From an uncultured Calditrichaceae bacterium (GTDB lineage Bacteria > Calditrichota > Calditrichia > RBG-13-44-9): DNA of 64,000 nucleotides. Shown here piece after piece: positions 61,776 to 64,000 of this stretch. Within the stretch, counting starts at the first letter, position 1, and the number at the start of each line of letters is the position of its first letter. The stretch is taken from positions 57,260 through 121,259 of the forward strand of contig CAZUZS010000001.1 of the NCBI GenBank assembly GCA_964624795.1, in the 5' to 3' direction. The translations under genes were made by a program, and so were the position numbers. Under the pieces are notes generated by a model, which saw only the letters and a list, made by a program, of their open reading frames with translations, made no database searches and was not told where the DNA came from.

Positions 61776-63380
61776 TTAAACTTCTTTTAAAACAGGATCC
61801 ACCTTCTCTCCGTTGTGCCCGGGCAGAAATTCGTCGGTAAAACTGTTGGCTATTGTCTGCCGGATAACCGTGACCTTTATCTGCCCCGGATATTCCATGG
61901 TTTCCTTGATCTTGCGGGCAATGTCGCTGGATAAGAGTTTTGCCTCTCCGTCCGAGATTTTTTCCGGCACAATCATTACCCGAATTTCCCGGCCGGCGGA
62001 AAGCGCGTAGGTTTTCCCTACCCCCTCAAATGAATTGGCTAACTCTTCCAGCTTGGAAATTCGCTGCGCGTAGGCTTCCAGGGATTCGCGACGAGCGCCG
62101 GGACGGGCACCACTGATTCGGTCCGCTGCCGTCACCAGTACCGAGATAGGTGAAATCGGTTCGGCTTCTTCATGATGCGCCAGAACCGAATTTATGACCA
62201 CCGGATGCTCTGCGCAACGGGTGGTTACTTCCACGCCAATGGAAACGTGACTTCCTTCCGAATCGCCGCTTACTGCCTTGCCAATATCGTGGAACAGGCC
62301 GGCCCGTTTTGCCAGCTCAACATCCAGGCCCAGCTCTGCGGCCATGCCGCCGGCCAGCCAGGCTACTTCCTTGGAATGCTGCAAGATATTCTGTCCGTAG
62401 CTGGTGCGATATTTCAGACGACCGAGATATTCCCGCATTTCGGGATGGACGTTTTTTATTTTCAACTCGTGCAATGTCTCATCCGCAGCTTTTTTGATGC
62501 TGGCTTCCACTTCCTTTGTTGCTTTTTCGACCTCCGCATCAATCGCCTTGGGATTGATATTCTTATTTTTTATAAGCCTTTCCATAGAGATGCGGGCGAC
62601 TTCCCGCCGGATAGGATCGAAACTGGACATGACAACCGTTTCAGGTGTGTCATCAACGATCACTTTTACACCGGTTGCCGCTTCGAAGGCCTTGATATTG
62701 CGCCCTTCCCTGCCGATGATGATTCCCTTCCAGTCGTCACTGGGCAGCTCAACCGAGATGAGTGTGGATTCCATCGTATATTCGGTAGCCATCCGTTCAA
62801 TGGCAAATGCCATAATCTCCTTTGCCTCCCAGCGCCCCCTCTCTTCGGCTTCATTTTTGATATCCAGGATGGTCTGAACGGCTTCCGCCCTGGCTTGCGA
62901 AATCATATTTTCCATCAGTTTCTTTTTTGCTTCATCCTTATTTAATTTGCTGATCTCTTCCAGTCGCTTCACACCTTCTTCGTACATATCCTTGATTTGG
63001 TTTTCCTTGGACTGAATGTTCTTCTGCCAGTTAACCATTTCCTGCTCTTTTTTGCGGGTCTGCCATTCCTTCTCCTGAATTTTATTGCCCAGCCGTCGCA
63101 AATCTTTTTCTTTAAAGCGGAGGCGTTCTTCGGATTTAGCCAGGTTCGCTTCCCTTTGTTTCATCTCTTTTATGAAATCGTTCTTTTCCTGGTAGAGTTT
63201 TTCTTTAGCCGCCAGGTAAGCATCGCGCTCCATTTTTTCAACTTTTTTTTGCGCCTGTTCCAGAATTTCTTTGGCCTGTCTTTCAGCGCTGGCAATTTTT
63301 CGCCTGCTGATCAACTGACATATTCCGGCGCCGGCCAACAGCGAAATAAGTACAGCACCGATTATTATTAAAGTATTCAT
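61776..63380 (-). CDS. rny: Ribonuclease Y
   Basis: N-terminal TM, coiled-coil, KH ('GIIIGREGRNIKAFEAATG') and HD ('LFHDIGKA') domains. Confidence 0.9.
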   Translation of the reverse strand: MNTLIIIGAVLISLLAGAGICQLISRRKIASAERQAKEILEQAQKKVEKMERDAYLAAKEKLYQEKNDFIKEMKQREANLAKSEERLRFKEKDLRRLGNKIQEKEWQTRKKEQEMVNWQKNIQSKENQIKDMYEEGVKRLEEISKLNKDEAKKKLMENMISQARAEAVQTILDIKNEAEERGRWEAKEIMAFAIERMATEYTMESTLISVELPSDDWKGIIIGREGRNIKAFEAATGVKVIVDDTPETVVMSSFDPIRREVARISMERLIKNKNINPKAIDAEVEKATKEVEASIKKAADETLHELKIKNVHPEMREYLGRLKYRTSYGQNILQHSKEVAWLAGGMAAELGLDVELAKRAGLFHDIGKAVSGDSEGSHVSIGVEVTTRCAEHPVVINSVLAHHEEAEPISPISVLVTAADRISGARPGARRESLEAYAQRISKLEELANSFEGVGKTYALSAGREIRVMIVPEKISDGEAKLLSSDIARKIKETMEYPGQIKVTVIRQTIANSFTDEFLPGHNGEKVDPVLKEV

Positions 63381-63724
63381 TTTTTACTCCATTCCTTTTG
63401 AAAAAATCTTCTTTTAGCAGCCGATACGGCAATAAATAAATCTATAAAAATTTTGCTTGGAATCAATAATATTTACAGCACATAAACCGTTTCAACATTC
63501 CAACACGCACAATCGCATACTTGTCGCTTAAATATATGATGTCGGCTTGCTGAAAGAAATGTTTTTTTGTGATTTTGAAATAAAAATTTCAGCGGAGAAA
63601 GGCTGTCAGCCAATGCAATGTCGCCAAATTCCCTATAAAGCAGAGCGAATTCAATCTCAGTGGACGAAGCCGGACATGCGATTCCTGCCTCCCGGAACAA
63701 CAGGATTTTTCATACAGATGATTT

Positions 63725-64000
63725 TCAGTCCGCACTTTCAAAAATGAAATACTTCTGTGCGGAGAGAACATAGAGAAGTGGTCTGACAGCACCCTTCGGC
63801 TGCCACAGCGCGGCATCCACTGGTTCTATTTTTAATTTTGCCAGATCGAAATAACCGGCAAAAACCTGCCCTTTGCGGAAGAAGTAAATCCGCTGACCGC
63901 TCTTGTCGGAGACAACCAGGTCATCCTGCGCGCTCACCGAAATCCCCATCGGCTGCTTAAAATCAGGGTGAATAATCTCCTGCAGGAAATTCCCCAGGTA
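63725..64000 (-). CDS. 3' portion of a gene whose 5' end lies beyond the window; product unknown
   Basis: The frame is open to the window edge ('...YLGNFLQEIIHPDFKQPMGISVSAQDDLVVSDKSGQRIYFF'); possible beta-propeller-like repeats. Confidence 0.3.
   Translation of the reverse strand, partial: YLGNFLQEIIHPDFKQPMGISVSAQDDLVVSDKSGQRIYFFRKGQVFAGYFDLAKLKIEPVDAALWQPKGAVRPLLYVLSAQKYFIFESAD

Overview
This is a 64-kb chromosomal window from a diderm bacterium, roughly 48-50% GC, with about 55 protein genes and one tRNA. Many genes have recognisable Shine-Dalgarno-like starts. Most of the content is housekeeping. On the minus strand: nadD-accB-accC-gcvH-gcvPA-gcvPB with two response regulators embedded, BamD and Lnt, RuvX, an HU-family protein, MutS, CoaX/BirA, a methylmalonyl-CoA mutase large subunit, gap-pgk-tpiA, and RNase Y. 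On the plus strand: a TolC/periplasmic-adaptor/RND efflux operon, a GH1/glycosyltransferase/LpxH-like cluster next to tRNA-Arg, DegP, and a purine-salvage cluster (MtaD-like deaminase, adenosine deaminase, YbdK ligase). The domain repertoire (a GWxTD protein, a DUF4388 response regulator, CsgG/LpoB-like plus TPR lipoproteins, Lnt plus BamD) suggests an FCB-group or Calditrichota-like lineage; this is inference only. I saw no CRISPR array, transposase, integrase, reverse transcriptase or phage genes. The strongest candidate for an undescribed system is a two-gene minus-strand module at 46505-48468: a 527-aa protein with no recognisable N-terminal family and a C-terminal Ada-type Zn-binding domain, plus a small basic Nif11-like protein. 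It sits between degP and the glycolytic operon and is followed by a roughly 700-bp AT-rich non-coding tract. Other loci of note are a glutaminyl-cyclase-like beta-propeller fused to a transglutaminase-like domain, a degenerate-GGDEF response regulator inside the glycine-cleavage operon, tandem CsgG/LpoB-like TPR lipoprotein paralogs, a perfect 17-bp palindrome in the mutS/tolC divergent region, and an AMMECR1/Memo pair without its radical-SAM partner.
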